Source of the DNA: Minisyncoccota bacterium
GTDB taxonomy: Bacteria > Patescibacteriota > Minisyncoccia > Phycocordibacterales > VMEP01
Assembly (NCBI GenBank): GCA_041661305.1
Contig: JBAZUR010000001.1
Coordinates: forward strand, 387,684 to 451,683
DNA: 64,000 nt
Reading direction: 5' to 3'
The translations under genes were made by a program, and so were the position numbers. Below are positions 8,466 to 18,700 of this stretch, in pieces. The notes under the pieces are model-generated. The model made no database searches. It saw nothing but the letters and a program-made list of their open reading frames with translations, and had not been told where the DNA came from. Position 1 is the stretch's first letter; each line of letters opens with the position of its first letter.

Positions 8466-10946
8466 TTACTCACCGTGACACTTCTTGTATTTCTTGCCAG
8501 AACCACATGGGCAAGGGTCATTACGTCCCACCGGCGCTTTAACTTGCGTCTTAGTCGAATCGGCTTCTTTTGAAACACCACCAGCGCTCAAAACGCTCGG
8601 ATTTTCGTGCAATTCAACAGTTTCTATTTGTTCTTTATGCGCGAGACCACTATCTCCTTTAATAAACTTAATTGTTGACGAAAGATTCAACCTAAAAGAG
8701 ATTTCCATTTCCTTAAATAGCTTGAGTCCTTCTTTTTTGTATTCAACCAAGGGATCTCGCTGTCCATATCCCCTTAAACCAACAGAAGAGCGCAAATAGT
8801 CCATTATCTCCAAGTGTTCAAGCCAAAGCATATCGTTTGTATAGAGGGCGAGTTTTCGGAATTCTTCGTAAAACTTTTCATCACCCAACTCTTTTTGTTT
8901 TTCTTCAATTTCTTTTTTGGCCTCTTCACTCTCAAGTTTTATTTCCTCAACCAAAGCATTGATGTATTCACGCTCTCCAAAAAGCATTTTTTCGCGACGA
9001 GTATAAACCACGCCACGCTGGTGGTTCATAACGTTATCGTACTCAAGCAAATGTTTTCGTGAATCAAAATTAAAACCTTCAATTTTTTCCTGTGCTCCTT
9101 CAAGCGCACGACTAACCATTTTGTTTTCTATTGGCTGGTCCTCAGGAATTCCAAATCGCCCCATCATGTTTTTTATCATGTCAGAGGCAAAGACGCGCAT
9201 TAGCGAGTCTTCGAGCGAAACGTAAAACTGAGTTTCTCCTGGATCCCCCTGTCGCCCAGCGCGCCCACGAAGCTGATTATCAATTCGTCTCGCTTCGTGT
9301 CGTTCGGTACCAATAACCGCGAGTCCACCCAAATCCCGAACCGCTTCATACGTTTCTTTAGTGTGAGGATTTCCTCCAAGTTTAATATCAACACCGCGAC
9401 CAGCCATGTTTGTCGCAATAACAACATTCCCCTTCTTCCCAGCTTGCGCAATAATTTCTCCTTCGCGTTCGTGGTTTTTAGCGTTCAACACTTCATGCGG
9501 AATACCTTCACGTTTAAAATACTCGGAAAGAATTTCATTTCTATCAATTGAAGCTGTTCCAATAAGGACTGGCTGACCTCTTTGATTAAGTTCTTTAACG
9601 CGCGCAGTTAATGCTTTCCACTTTCCAGTCTCAGTTTGAAAAATCAAATCATTCCTATCAAGGCGTTTAATGTCACGGTGTGTTGGTATTGCGATAACTT
9701 CAAGACCATAAACTTTAAAAAATTCTTCTGTGCTCGTCATTGCCGTTCCGGTCATACCAGAAAGCTTCCCGTATAGTCTAAAATAATTCTGGAATGAAAC
9801 GGAGGCCAGAGTTCGTGACTCGCGCTCAATATGAACATTCTCTTTTGCTTCTATGGCCTGATGCAAACCCTCTGACCAGCGTCGGCCTGGCTGAAGACGC
9901 CCTGTAAATTCATCAACAATAACAATCGCATTATCTTTGACCACGTACTCTTTATCCTTCTCAAAAAGTGCCTTAGCACGCACGGCGGTTTCTAGGTGAT
10001 GAACATACTTAATACCCTTTTCAGTGTAAAGATTGTCTATTTTGAGGGCCTTTTCTGCCTTATTGATACCACTATCAGTCATAGCGATGGACTTACTCTT
10101 TTCATCAACGGTATAGTCTTCCTCTTTTTTCATCTGCGAAGCAATACGTGCAAAAGTACGGTACAAATCTTCAGATTCTGCTGCTTGCCCAGAAATAATA
10201 AGTGGTGTGCGCGCCTCATCAATCAAAATAGAGTCGATTTCATCAACGATTGCGTATGCGTGTCCACGCTGAACGAGTGTTTCTTTGTCATACGCCAAAT
10301 GGTCTCGCAAATAATCAAAACCAAATTCATTGTTTGTGCCGTAAGTTATGTCAGCATGATATGCCTCACGTCTACTACACGGTCTTAAAAATTCATGAAC
10401 AACATGGAATGACCCTGTTAAGTCGCGCTCTGCATCTTCTTCTTTGTGTTCAGGGTCATATATAAATGACGATTCGTGGTTGATAATACCAACAGAAAGA
10501 CCGAGCGCTGAATAAATTTGTCCCATCCAAACACCGTCACGACGCGCGAGGTAATCATTCACCGTAACAATATGAACTCCTTCTCCTGTTAACGCATTTA
10601 AATATGCAGGTAACGTCGCAACAAGAGTCTTACCTTCTCCCGTTCGCATCTCTGCAATGTTTCCTTTGTGCAAAACAATTCCCCCAATGACCTGAACGTC
10701 ATAATGGCGCTCACCTAGCGTACGCTTCGCAGCTTCTCGAACAAGCGCAAAAGCCTCCGGCATAATATCATCGAGTGTTTCACCTTTTGTAAGTCTATCT
10801 TTAAACTGAGCTGTCTTTTGACGCATCTCATCAAGAGACAAATTTGCAACATCTTTTTCGCATTCCGCAACCTTCAAGACGTCACGACTAAGGGCTTTTA
10901 CAGCCTTTTCACTAGTTGTTCCGAGTATTTTTTCCAAGAAAAGCAT
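8466..10946 (-). CDS. secA: Preprotein translocase ATPase SecA
   Basis: 826 aa with DEAD-motor motifs (MRTGEGKTLVATLPAYLNAL, TGTA...), and a C-terminal zinc finger CPCGSGKKYKKCHG. Confidence 0.95.
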   Translation of the reverse strand: MLFLEKILGTTSEKAVKALSRDVLKVAECEKDVANLSLDEMRQKTAQFKDRLTKGETLDDIMPEAFALVREAAKRTLGERHYDVQVIGGIVLHKGNIAEMRTGEGKTLVATLPAYLNALTGEGVHIVTVNDYLARRDGVWMGQIYSALGLSVGIINHESSFIYDPEHKEEDAERDLTGSFHVVHEFLRPCSRREAYHADITYGTNNEFGFDYLRDHLAYDKETLVQRGHAYAIVDEIDSILIDEARTPLIISGQAAESEDLYRTFARIASQMKKEEDYTVDEKSKSIAMTDSGINKAEKALKIDNLYTEKGIKYVHHLETAVRAKALFEKDKEYVVKDNAIVIVDEFTGRLQPGRRWSEGLHQAIEAKENVHIERESRTLASVSFQNYFRLYGKLSGMTGTAMTSTEEFFKVYGLEVIAIPTHRDIKRLDRNDLIFQTETGKWKALTARVKELNQRGQPVLIGTASIDRNEILSEYFKREGIPHEVLNAKNHEREGEIIAQAGKKGNVVIATNMAGRGVDIKLGGNPHTKETYEAVRDLGGLAVIGTERHEARRIDNQLRGRAGRQGDPGETQFYVSLEDSLMRVFASDMIKNMMGRFGIPEDQPIENKMVSRALEGAQEKIEGFNFDSRKHLLEYDNVMNHQRGVVYTRREKMLFGEREYINALVEEIKLESEEAKKEIEEKQKELGDEKFYEEFRKLALYTNDMLWLEHLEIMDYLRSSVGLRGYGQRDPLVEYKKEGLKLFKEMEISFRLNLSSTIKFIKGDSGLAHKEQIETVELHENPSVLSAGGVSKEADSTKTQVKAPVGRNDPCPCGSGKKYKKCHGE

Positions 10947-11071
10947 GGTGAGTATTCTAGCATTTAGGCTCTTTGTGGGCTAATTGACCATATAGCCACA
11001 ATTAGTTCTTAGGGATTTAGGACTTAAGCATCTGGATACAGAACGAGGCAAAAGCGAGGATTACGACGAGG

Positions 11072-11262
11072 TGTACTTTTGCGTACGTTGAGTAATATTT
11101 TATGCAGTGTGACAACGAAATGCGCCGTTTCTATCTTGTTACGCTTTTAAGGCTTACGGAAACGCGGGCAGTTCTAGGAACACAAATAAAATAGAGCGAG
11201 ACGTACTTCTACGTACGTTGAGTAATATTTTATGCGGTGTGACAACGAAATGCGCCGTTTCT
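11072..11262. repeat. Two direct copies of an approximately 61-bp element (11072-11132 and 11202-11262, 130-bp period, about 93% identical; core cgtacgttgagtaatattttatgc[a/g]gtgtgacaacgaaatgcgccgtttct) in the secA upstream region
   Basis: Read directly from the sequence. The 3' flanks of the two copies carry mutually complementary 9-mers (aaggcttac / gtaagcctt). Confidence 0.7.
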
Positions 11263-11280
11263 GTAAGCCTTTTACTAAAA

Positions 11281-11314
11281 AACAAAAACCTCTCATGTTG
11301 ATGAGAGGTTTTTG
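11281..11314. terminator. Bidirectional intrinsic terminator (cctctcat/atgagagg stem, gttg loop, A-tract and T-tract flanks)
   Basis: Sequence aaaaaacaaaaacctctcatgttgatgagaggttttt is read directly. Confidence 0.7.
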
Positions 11315-11328
11315 TACCGCAAGTGCAA

Positions 11329-11403
11329 TTATGAGCGCTTTGCTTTCTTTGCTTTCTTTGCTGGCTTTTTCTTTGCTGCTGCCTTCTTTTTTTTTGCTGC
11401 CAT
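11329..11403 (-). CDS. Candidate micro-ORF encoding a 24-aa Lys/Ala-rich peptide (MAAKKKKAAAKKKPAKKAKKAKRS), immediately followed by the bidirectional terminator
   Basis: ATG to TAA on the minus strand. It lies over a degenerate 9-mer tandem repeat (gctttcttt)n, so it may be a low-complexity artefact. Confidence 0.2.
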   Translation of the reverse strand: MAAKKKKAAAKKKPAKKAKKAKRS

Positions 11404-11605
11404 TTTATTAAGGTACGATTATTTTTTAAAGCTTGCAGAGTCATCGACCATTCCAAAAAATTTTTGAAACAAAACGACTACTGCAGTACTGCTATCATTA
11501 TCATATGCAAAGAACATGCATGCAATATTTTTTAATGAAAAAGTGTGGATAACTTTTTATTAAAAAATAATTTATTTTATAAACAAATTTTTGATAAATT
11601 GTTTT

Positions 11606-12643
11606 TTAAAAATTACCAACAAGACAAACCTCAAATTCAAGTTGCACACCAAAAACATCGAAAACTTTTTTCTGTATATCTTTAGCTAAAGAAAAAACTT
11701 CGCTCGATTTTCCTTCTCCATAATTAACAAGTACCAAAGCGTGTTTTTCATATATACCAACACCGCCATTTCGTAATCCTTTTTCGCAGCCAGCATTCTC
11801 AATAAGCCAACCAGCGGAAAGTTTTTTCAAGTCAGAATCGTTAGTCGAAAACACTGGTATCGTTTTATATTTTTCAACTAAGAAGTCTACTTGTTTTTTC
11901 TCAATCGTAGGATTTTTAAAAAATGAACCAGCGGTTCCAAATAGGGACAAATCTGGCAACTTACGCTTCCGAATAGCAAGAACCGCCTCTCGAATGTCTA
12001 GGGCTGTGGCTTTATCCTTCCCAACACCCCTCGTCAAAAGTTCGCTCAAAATTTCTGAATGTTCAATATTCTGCTTTGTGCTTCTTGAAACAGAAAATGC
12101 GACCTCTGTAATTATTAAATGTCTTCCAAGGTCTTTTTTAAAAATACTATCGCGATATCCAAAAGCACATTCTTCTTTTAGAAATTTTTTACTTTTTTTA
12201 GTCCGGACATCAAAAGTGTTTACCCACTCAATATGTGAAGAAACCTCACTCCCGTATGCTCCAATATTTTGAACAGGAGCCGCTCCAACTGTACCGGGAA
12301 TACCAGAAAGAAACTCAAAACCAGAAAAACCAATTTCAATTAAGTGTTGAACAAGGCTGTCCCACGACTCCCCTGCTCCGACAACAACAATTGTTTTTCC
12401 GTCATTTTCTTCAACCGAAATACCACGTAAACAAATCTTCATTACTAACCCAGAAAAACCGTTATCAGCAACTAGTAGATTTGATCCCCCTCCAAGAATA
12501 AAAATTGGTAAATTATTTTTCTCAACAAACAAAACCGCTTCATTAATATCTTCAACTGAATTTATTTCACAAAAATAGCGCGCCTTTCCTCCGGTATGAA
12601 ATGTTGTTAAGTCCTTAAGTAAAATATTTTCCCTTATCGTCAT
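11606..12643 (-). CDS. murB: UDP-N-acetylenolpyruvoylglucosamine reductase
   Basis: 345 aa. It has an FAD-binding N-terminus (TFHTGGKARYFCEI, ILGGGSNLLV) and a MurB C-terminal domain. Confidence 0.85.
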   Translation of the reverse strand: MTIRENILLKDLTTFHTGGKARYFCEINSVEDINEAVLFVEKNNLPIFILGGGSNLLVADNGFSGLVMKICLRGISVEENDGKTIVVVGAGESWDSLVQHLIEIGFSGFEFLSGIPGTVGAAPVQNIGAYGSEVSSHIEWVNTFDVRTKKSKKFLKEECAFGYRDSIFKKDLGRHLIITEVAFSVSRSTKQNIEHSEILSELLTRGVGKDKATALDIREAVLAIRKRKLPDLSLFGTAGSFFKNPTIEKKQVDFLVEKYKTIPVFSTNDSDLKKLSAGWLIENAGCEKGLRNGGVGIYEKHALVLVNYGEGKSSEVFSLAKDIQKKVFDVFGVQLEFEVCLVGNF

Positions 12644-13119
12644 GTATAAAATATTACCCGCAATCTTGGCTGGTAAGTGTTGGCTCCCAAAACAAATGTC
12701 TTATATGAGTGCGTTCACCAGCCAAGGCTACAGGCAACATAGAATAAGTATAATGGTATTTTTTATTTTTGTCTTGAAAATTTTTATTTTATTTGCTTTT
12801 AAAATGCACGTATAATTTTCTGCTGAAAATTTACTATACTCGCGCCAGTCGCGCTCCGTAATGCATTTTAAAAGCAAACGTTAGGGATTTCCTTAAGAAA
12901 ATACAAAGAAAAATGGCAACGCAAACTCACAAATCAGTCCGAATACGGACTGTTCGCGAGCCCACCTCGCCGCCCAACAAAGAAACGGCTAAGAGCCGCT
13001 TTGTTGGGGCCCGTCTCCGGTCGTTTTGCTCCCGTTTTGTTCACGTTACCACGTGATTACAAAACGCAGTCCTGTGCGTTTTTTGTTCTAAAACAACCAA
13101 TGCTTCGCATTGGTAAAAG

Positions 13120-13152
13120 AACAAAAAACGCAAAACCCCGCCGAGGCGGGGG
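13120..13152 (-). terminator. Intrinsic terminator for the 783-aa gene (ccccgcc-gag-gcggggg hairpin followed on the minus strand by ttttgcgtttttt)
   Basis: GC hairpin with a T-tract, read on the reverse strand about 85 nt after the stop at 13238. Confidence 0.7.
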
Positions 13153-13237
13153 CTTACGCAGACATTCGTGCTTTAAGAACAAACACAAAAGCACTCATAC
13201 ACACAATACTAGCAGAAACTAGAGAAAAGTCAAGTTT

Positions 13238-15589
13238 TTATGGGTTTCTCCCGGCTTCTATTTCCTGAATGTAATAATCCCCTTGTGCCTTAAATCCAGG
13301 ATTTATTTCTATAATCCTTTTTATTAACTCAACAGACCTCGCCCTGTCTCCAATCTGAAGATATGTTGCCGCAAGAGTTAAAAGTGTTTGAGGGTCATTT
13401 GGGTTATTTTTTAATTGAGTTTCCAAAACAGAACGTAGTTTTTGATAATTACCAGTTGAGGCATATGCGCTAATAAGTCTGGTATCCATGGCTGTGTATT
13501 CCCCCAAAAGGGCTTCTGCCTCATTTGCTTTACCTCCATAAATTAAAGATGCGGCATAAATAACTCGAGCGTCATCGTATGTTGGATCTCCTTCGTAAGC
13601 TTGTTTTAAGACGTCAATCGCCTTACCAAATTCCTTCATGTTTATATAAGTAGTACCAAGCTCAAATAATACTTGTTGCTTCTTTGGAGAAATAGTACGT
13701 GCTTTTTCAAGATAAGTAACAGCTTCTCCAAACTGAGAGTAGTTATTCATCAATCCTCCCAAAAATAATGGGTAGCGCACATCAAGCGGACTATCTTCAG
13801 ACTGTTTAATCATTTCGTTGCGAGCCAAATTAACAAACTTCTGCTTTGCTTCAATAGGGACATTCGCTTGATTTAGTCTAAGTGAGATTTGTATCAACTG
13901 TTCGCGCGCTTCCCCACTTCCAAAGGTATTGTAGGCAAAAGTTTTTTCGAAATACTCGAAATTTTTATTCAACCCACCATCCGTTTCTCCGTGTGGTGAT
14001 ATCGCCTGAATCAATGCTTTTGAAGCAAAAATTGGTTTTACGTTCACAAAATACATAACCAAAACAAATCCGATTAATACGACTGGAACAAAAACAGAAT
14101 TAAGGGAACCTTCTTCCTTTTTTGCTTCAATATTTGTCATTCCTTCCTTGAGTGCCATAACGCTAATGAACCCTAATGTTGAGAAAAACAATATATAACT
14201 CACAAGGTTATCGAAAACAAAAAGATTGTGGAAAAAATACGCCCCGAAAAGACCAGTCAAAATACTCTTCTCAGCAACCGTAAAGGTAGATGTAAATTTC
14301 CACAAAGAATAAAGTGCTACTGCAAACATTGAAAGGTACGAAAGAAGACCAAGAAAACCAGCAGCTATTAACCAATCAAAGAAAACATTATGAGAACGGT
14401 CAAACCACGGTTCCTGACTCCACATTTTTGGGTTGTAATGTTTTGCAAAAACAACAATAAAGTTATCTTGCCCCCAACCCAAAAGCGGATTCTCTTTAAC
14501 CCCCTGCCAACTCATATTCCAAATCATAAAACGTGATTTGGTTGTTTGCTCGTCAAAAGAGATTGTAGAAAATCTACTTAAAACTGGGCTGGTGCTGATT
14601 ATTGGATTATTTTTAAACGCAATAAAAAGCCCGACAAACAAAACAACGGCAGTCAGTGTTCCAATTGCTATGTTTTTAACAAAACGATTTTCTCGATTAA
14701 ACCAAGCAATTAAAACTGAAGACAAAGAAACGCCGGCAATAAGACCCAAAATCGCTCCACGAGTAGCGGTATAATAAAGTGCAATCAAAGCCAAAGCGGT
14801 GATAGCACCATAAAGAACACGGCGAATAGTAATATTTTCCCTCTTCGTAAAATAAAAATATGCGAGCACTGGTAATCCAACTAAAGAGATTCCAAAAAAT
14901 ATCTTTCCGTAAAAACCAAGAGCCAGTGTGCTACTTACCACTCGAGTCAAACCAAAAATTGAGAGCAAAACAAAACCAACAAACGCTGAGTAGTAAATAT
15001 CTATCGAACCCTTACATTTATTTCTGACAAACCAAAAGGCCAACAGGAAAATATTAATCAAAAGAAAAACCGCAAAGTAGGTTGCGTTACCTAAGGTTGC
15101 ATCAGCACGGGTGCTCCCCTGGTTTATTGTTAACTCTCCGTGAACCTGCATAAAAGAATACATCGTCAGAAAAAAATTCACTCCAAACAAAACGTGAAAA
15201 AATTTCTCCCACAATCTTTCTGTCGCCATAACCGTCGTCACAACAAAAAAATACGCTGCGATATGTAGCAGAGAAACAAGACCTTCCATTCGTTCATAGT
15301 TTGACCAAAAACTACGGTATGTGTTTACTCCAAAAATATCAGCGAGAGCGACAATGCCGACAAATATTGCGACGGCTATGGCAATCCAATTTTTCTTCGG
15401 ACGATACGATGCGTCATAATAAACAAGAAGCAACCAAGCAGCAAATATAATTTCAACAATAATGCGGAAAGTAAAATTTTTCCCAGTAATAAATGGAAAA
15501 AACATTGAGCTTGAGATTATAAGCGGAATAAAAGGAACGAGAAAAATACCGCTGATAATAAAGTTTCTTAAAAAATTTTGAGGTACCAT
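13238..15589 (-). CDS. Wzy_C (O-antigen ligase / PglL-like) polytopic membrane protein fused to C-terminal TPR repeats
   Basis: About 12 TM helices. The Wzy_C signatures YYTATRGAILGL (T/SRGA) and DRSHNVFFDWLIAAGFLGL (HN..l...G..G) are present. The last 230 aa or so are TPR-like (AYASTGNYQKLRSVLETQLKNNP...). Confidence 0.75.
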   Translation of the reverse strand: MVPQNFLRNFIISGIFLVPFIPLIISSSMFFPFITGKNFTFRIIVEIIFAAWLLLVYYDASYRPKKNWIAIAVAIFVGIVALADIFGVNTYRSFWSNYERMEGLVSLLHIAAYFFVVTTVMATERLWEKFFHVLFGVNFFLTMYSFMQVHGELTINQGSTRADATLGNATYFAVFLLINIFLLAFWFVRNKCKGSIDIYYSAFVGFVLLSIFGLTRVVSSTLALGFYGKIFFGISLVGLPVLAYFYFTKRENITIRRVLYGAITALALIALYYTATRGAILGLIAGVSLSSVLIAWFNRENRFVKNIAIGTLTAVVLFVGLFIAFKNNPIISTSPVLSRFSTISFDEQTTKSRFMIWNMSWQGVKENPLLGWGQDNFIVVFAKHYNPKMWSQEPWFDRSHNVFFDWLIAAGFLGLLSYLSMFAVALYSLWKFTSTFTVAEKSILTGLFGAYFFHNLFVFDNLVSYILFFSTLGFISVMALKEGMTNIEAKKEEGSLNSVFVPVVLIGFVLVMYFVNVKPIFASKALIQAISPHGETDGGLNKNFEYFEKTFAYNTFGSGEAREQLIQISLRLNQANVPIEAKQKFVNLARNEMIKQSEDSPLDVRYPLFLGGLMNNYSQFGEAVTYLEKARTISPKKQQVLFELGTTYINMKEFGKAIDVLKQAYEGDPTYDDARVIYAASLIYGGKANEAEALLGEYTAMDTRLISAYASTGNYQKLRSVLETQLKNNPNDPQTLLTLAATYLQIGDRARSVELIKRIIEINPGFKAQGDYYIQEIEAGRNP

Positions 15590-15617
15590 GAATTGTTTTT
15601 AATTGTTAATTTAACAA

Positions 15618-15646
15618 CCAAAATCAAGGGGTCCCCTTGATTTTGG
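15618..15646 (-). terminator. Perfect 13-bp stem hairpin (ccaaaatcaaggg/cccttgattttgg) 77 nt downstream of the 1121-aa gene; terminator-like
   Basis: Read directly. The flanking T-tract on the minus strand is modest (ttgtt). Confidence 0.5.
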
Positions 15647-15722
15647 TGACGCACATTTATCGTAAGATTTTACCACAGCTTCGAACTTTACACACAAGGA
15701 GCGCAAAACCATCCCCCAAGAA

Positions 15723-18700
15723 CTAAAACTCAAAGAAATTAACCCTACAATCCGCTCTACATGTAGATGGATTCTCACCCTTGGAAGCCTGGCATCTATC
15801 GTCGCCACACGATGTACCCAATTGACGACAGACACCATCTGAATCGCACACTGTACCCACAGAGCTACACGAAGCGCTTGCGCCACTATACTCACCAGCG
15901 CAAGTCCATGTCCAAGATAACGCTGGGTCACTTTCTGGTAAGATATTAATATCTTCAGGTAAAACAACTGGTCCTGGTAATCCTACTGTGTTACAAAGAC
16001 CAGAAGTTGGTTTCTTTTGAGTTGGAGCACCATTAGCCGAACCACAGACTCCTGGTATTGGGTCTGGTGTAGTAACAACCAGTTGACGACCCTGACAAAA
16101 AGATGGCCATGTACTGGACCACGCCCCAGAATCATCTTGGGCCCTGAAAAAAATCCAATATGTTCCGGGAACAAACGAACGAGCAAAGCTTGTTAGGGAG
16201 CTAATGAGCGTGCCTGAGGTGCAGTTACCGAGTCTCCATTCATAAGCTACTATAGAGCCGTCAATGTCGGCATCTGTTGCTGCCCCAGAAAATTGCTGTG
16301 ACTGAGAACTGTTTATTGTAATGTTCGTAGCGGGACTAATCATTGTTGCTGTTGGTGTTTTGTTTTTATACGCACGACATGTCGGATTTGCTCCATTTAT
16401 TCCACGACAATCCCACTGATAGCGATCAGTAAAATTCCAAACAAAACCAGGAGTACCAGTATTACAAAGACCAGATGTTGGAGCGGTTGTTAATCTTGTA
16501 GTCCCATCAGCTGGACCACATGAACCATTAACTATGGTGGTCACGATACTTACAGTCTTAAAGACGTTTGCAGACTGATTATTATTAGAATCTTGTGTTC
16601 TTACATAAAAAACTTTAGTTCCAGTTGTATTCCATGTACGACTAATTGTCTGCGGGGTTCCAGATGGAACATATCCGATAGCAGGAGCCCATTCATCAAT
16701 TACCGTGTCGAAGTTCCAATCAAATCCATACCTAACATTATCACCATCAATATCTGTTGCAGTAGCTGTAAAACTAACAGGGGTATTCACAAGACTAGGG
16801 TCCTGATAAACAAGAGTTGGTGTGCTTGGCAAATTGCTTGGAGGAGCAGCGGTAAACGAGTAAGAGAGACTCATAGCTGGAACGCTATAACTAAGACCGC
16901 CCGAACGACCATACTGCCCTGTCTGTCTACCATCATAACTAATAAATTGCCCTGCCCTAAGAGAACCGTTCGTAGCCGGATATGCAATATTCATGCTTAT
17001 TGATTGCCCAGAAGAAGCTGTAACTATGCAATCAGAATAAAAAGGGCTGTAACTCACAACAGTGGCACACCACATGGGATCACCAGGATACTGCGAGCAG
17101 AAAAAACTATTATATGGACCACTTGTTCTCACCCCACCCAAAGTAGCTCCACAACTAAGACCACTTCCAGAAACAGAAAACGATGGTGGTATGGTGGCCA
17201 TATCTCCTTGGTAAATGATGTAATACCAACCACCAGAAACATAATTAATGTTAGTGCACTCGTTATATGTTGTACAAGATTTAGCAGAAGTATCCCACCG
17301 TCCATAAGGAGAGTCATATTCACCGCCCGTACCAACCCAAGAGCTAGCGCCACTACTTGGGTTCCAGGTTACACGAACAGTAGCACCGGTTGGAATTGAA
17401 GAACCATCGAGCACCTCTGACCCAAAAAGAGTTACTGTGGCGTTGTATAAAACTGTCGCTGTTATTCCCGCGACCCCATAACCAGTCGGATTGGCAGACC
17501 CTTCGCTAAAACCGAGTATTGGTAACCCAAATGACGTCCCAACACTCTTCGCCTCTACTGTTGTAGGAGCTATGAAAGAAGAGCCGAGAAAAATTAGAAT
17601 TAGTGTGAGAGAAATCGGTAATTTTTTTCTACCTTTTAAAACTGCCCACAAAACATAAATAATGGATAAAATAATTAAACCACCTAAAATAATAGCGCCT
17701 GTATTTGTTTTTTTAGGACAGATGTCAGGATTGATATCGCGACAATCATAGACCTCTTTCACCTCCTCGACTACCTCTCCTTTGTGTTTAAGCGTGGCAG
17801 TCAGAGAAAACGTTGTGTAATTTTTCTTCGGCGTAAACAAATCTTTTACACCCATCATTGCGCTCGTGATATTACCTGCATACTCATAGGAGTGAATCAA
17901 TCTACCTTTTTCATCATTTAGCGTTAAGGTAAGAGTATTATCTTTGACCACACCGTCGCTAACTGCGTGAACACAAGAGAAAAGCGTATTTTCTTTATTC
18001 TTTTCGAGTGGATAGCTCATGATGCTTGGAAAATTTATTCTTGTTTCCTCAATGCCATCACGAACAAAACGAATATTAAGAATTGATTTACTTGGACCAT
18101 CGTTTGTTTCTACTACAAGATAAGAAACAATCGCCCCTGTTGGTAATGCGGAATATGAAATTTCTTTAACTTCTTCGGGTTTAAGTTTAATAGACTCTGT
18201 TTTTGTGTCCTTAAGATTTTCTTCACGAAGACCATCCCAATTATAAAGTTTCCAAACGACAGGTACTGTCACTGATTCGTTCTTAGGATTTACAAGCTTA
18301 ACAACAACGCTCACTGGCTCATCTTTTGAAAAATGAAGTGGAAAAGCAGCAAAACGGTGTGGTTGTTTGTTTAGGGTAACAGTACTCTTGTCGAAAGTGA
18401 CAACGCTAATCTTTCGGTCGCTAACAACAGAAAAATAAACCTGATTCCCGACTACGTCGTCAGTAAAAGAAAGTCCTAAAAGATTGTAGCGCTTAGCAGT
18501 TTGAAAAAAGAAAGATGCAATATAATCTCCAGCTGGGGTGTTGTCTGGAACTTTCCATAAAAATGACGTCTTCTTGCTTCCGTTTGCTGGAATATTGAAA
18601 GTTTCATCAAGTGAAAACTGGTCAACCAAATCAAAACCATTCTCTTGGTCAAAATTTTCTCCCGCTTGCTGTCTAAATATTTTTACATAAACCTGGCCAT

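Noticed and set aside
11072-11262. Possibility of a CRISPR array
   Set aside because: There are only two repeat copies with a 130-bp period, no short regular spacers and no cas genes. It is not a CRISPR.
11154-11456. 100-aa minus-strand ORF rich in Q/R/K
   Set aside because: It reads through a strong bidirectional terminator and a tandem repeat, so it is a low-complexity artefact.
12940-13160. RNase P RNA, tmRNA or SRP RNA in the GC-rich intergenic region
   Set aside because: Conserved cores are absent on both strands: the RNase P P4 core (AGGAAAGUCCGGGC / ACAGAACCCGGCUUA), a tRNA-like T-loop GGTTCGA, and the SRP domain-IV GGAAG..AGCAGC. The region is left as an unclassified structured element.
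15611-17399. ORFs 15611-15967(-), 15767-15949(+), 15983-16186(-), 16593-17399(+), 17129-17353(-)
   Set aside because: All are nested in, or antisense to, the 1121-aa surface-protein gene.
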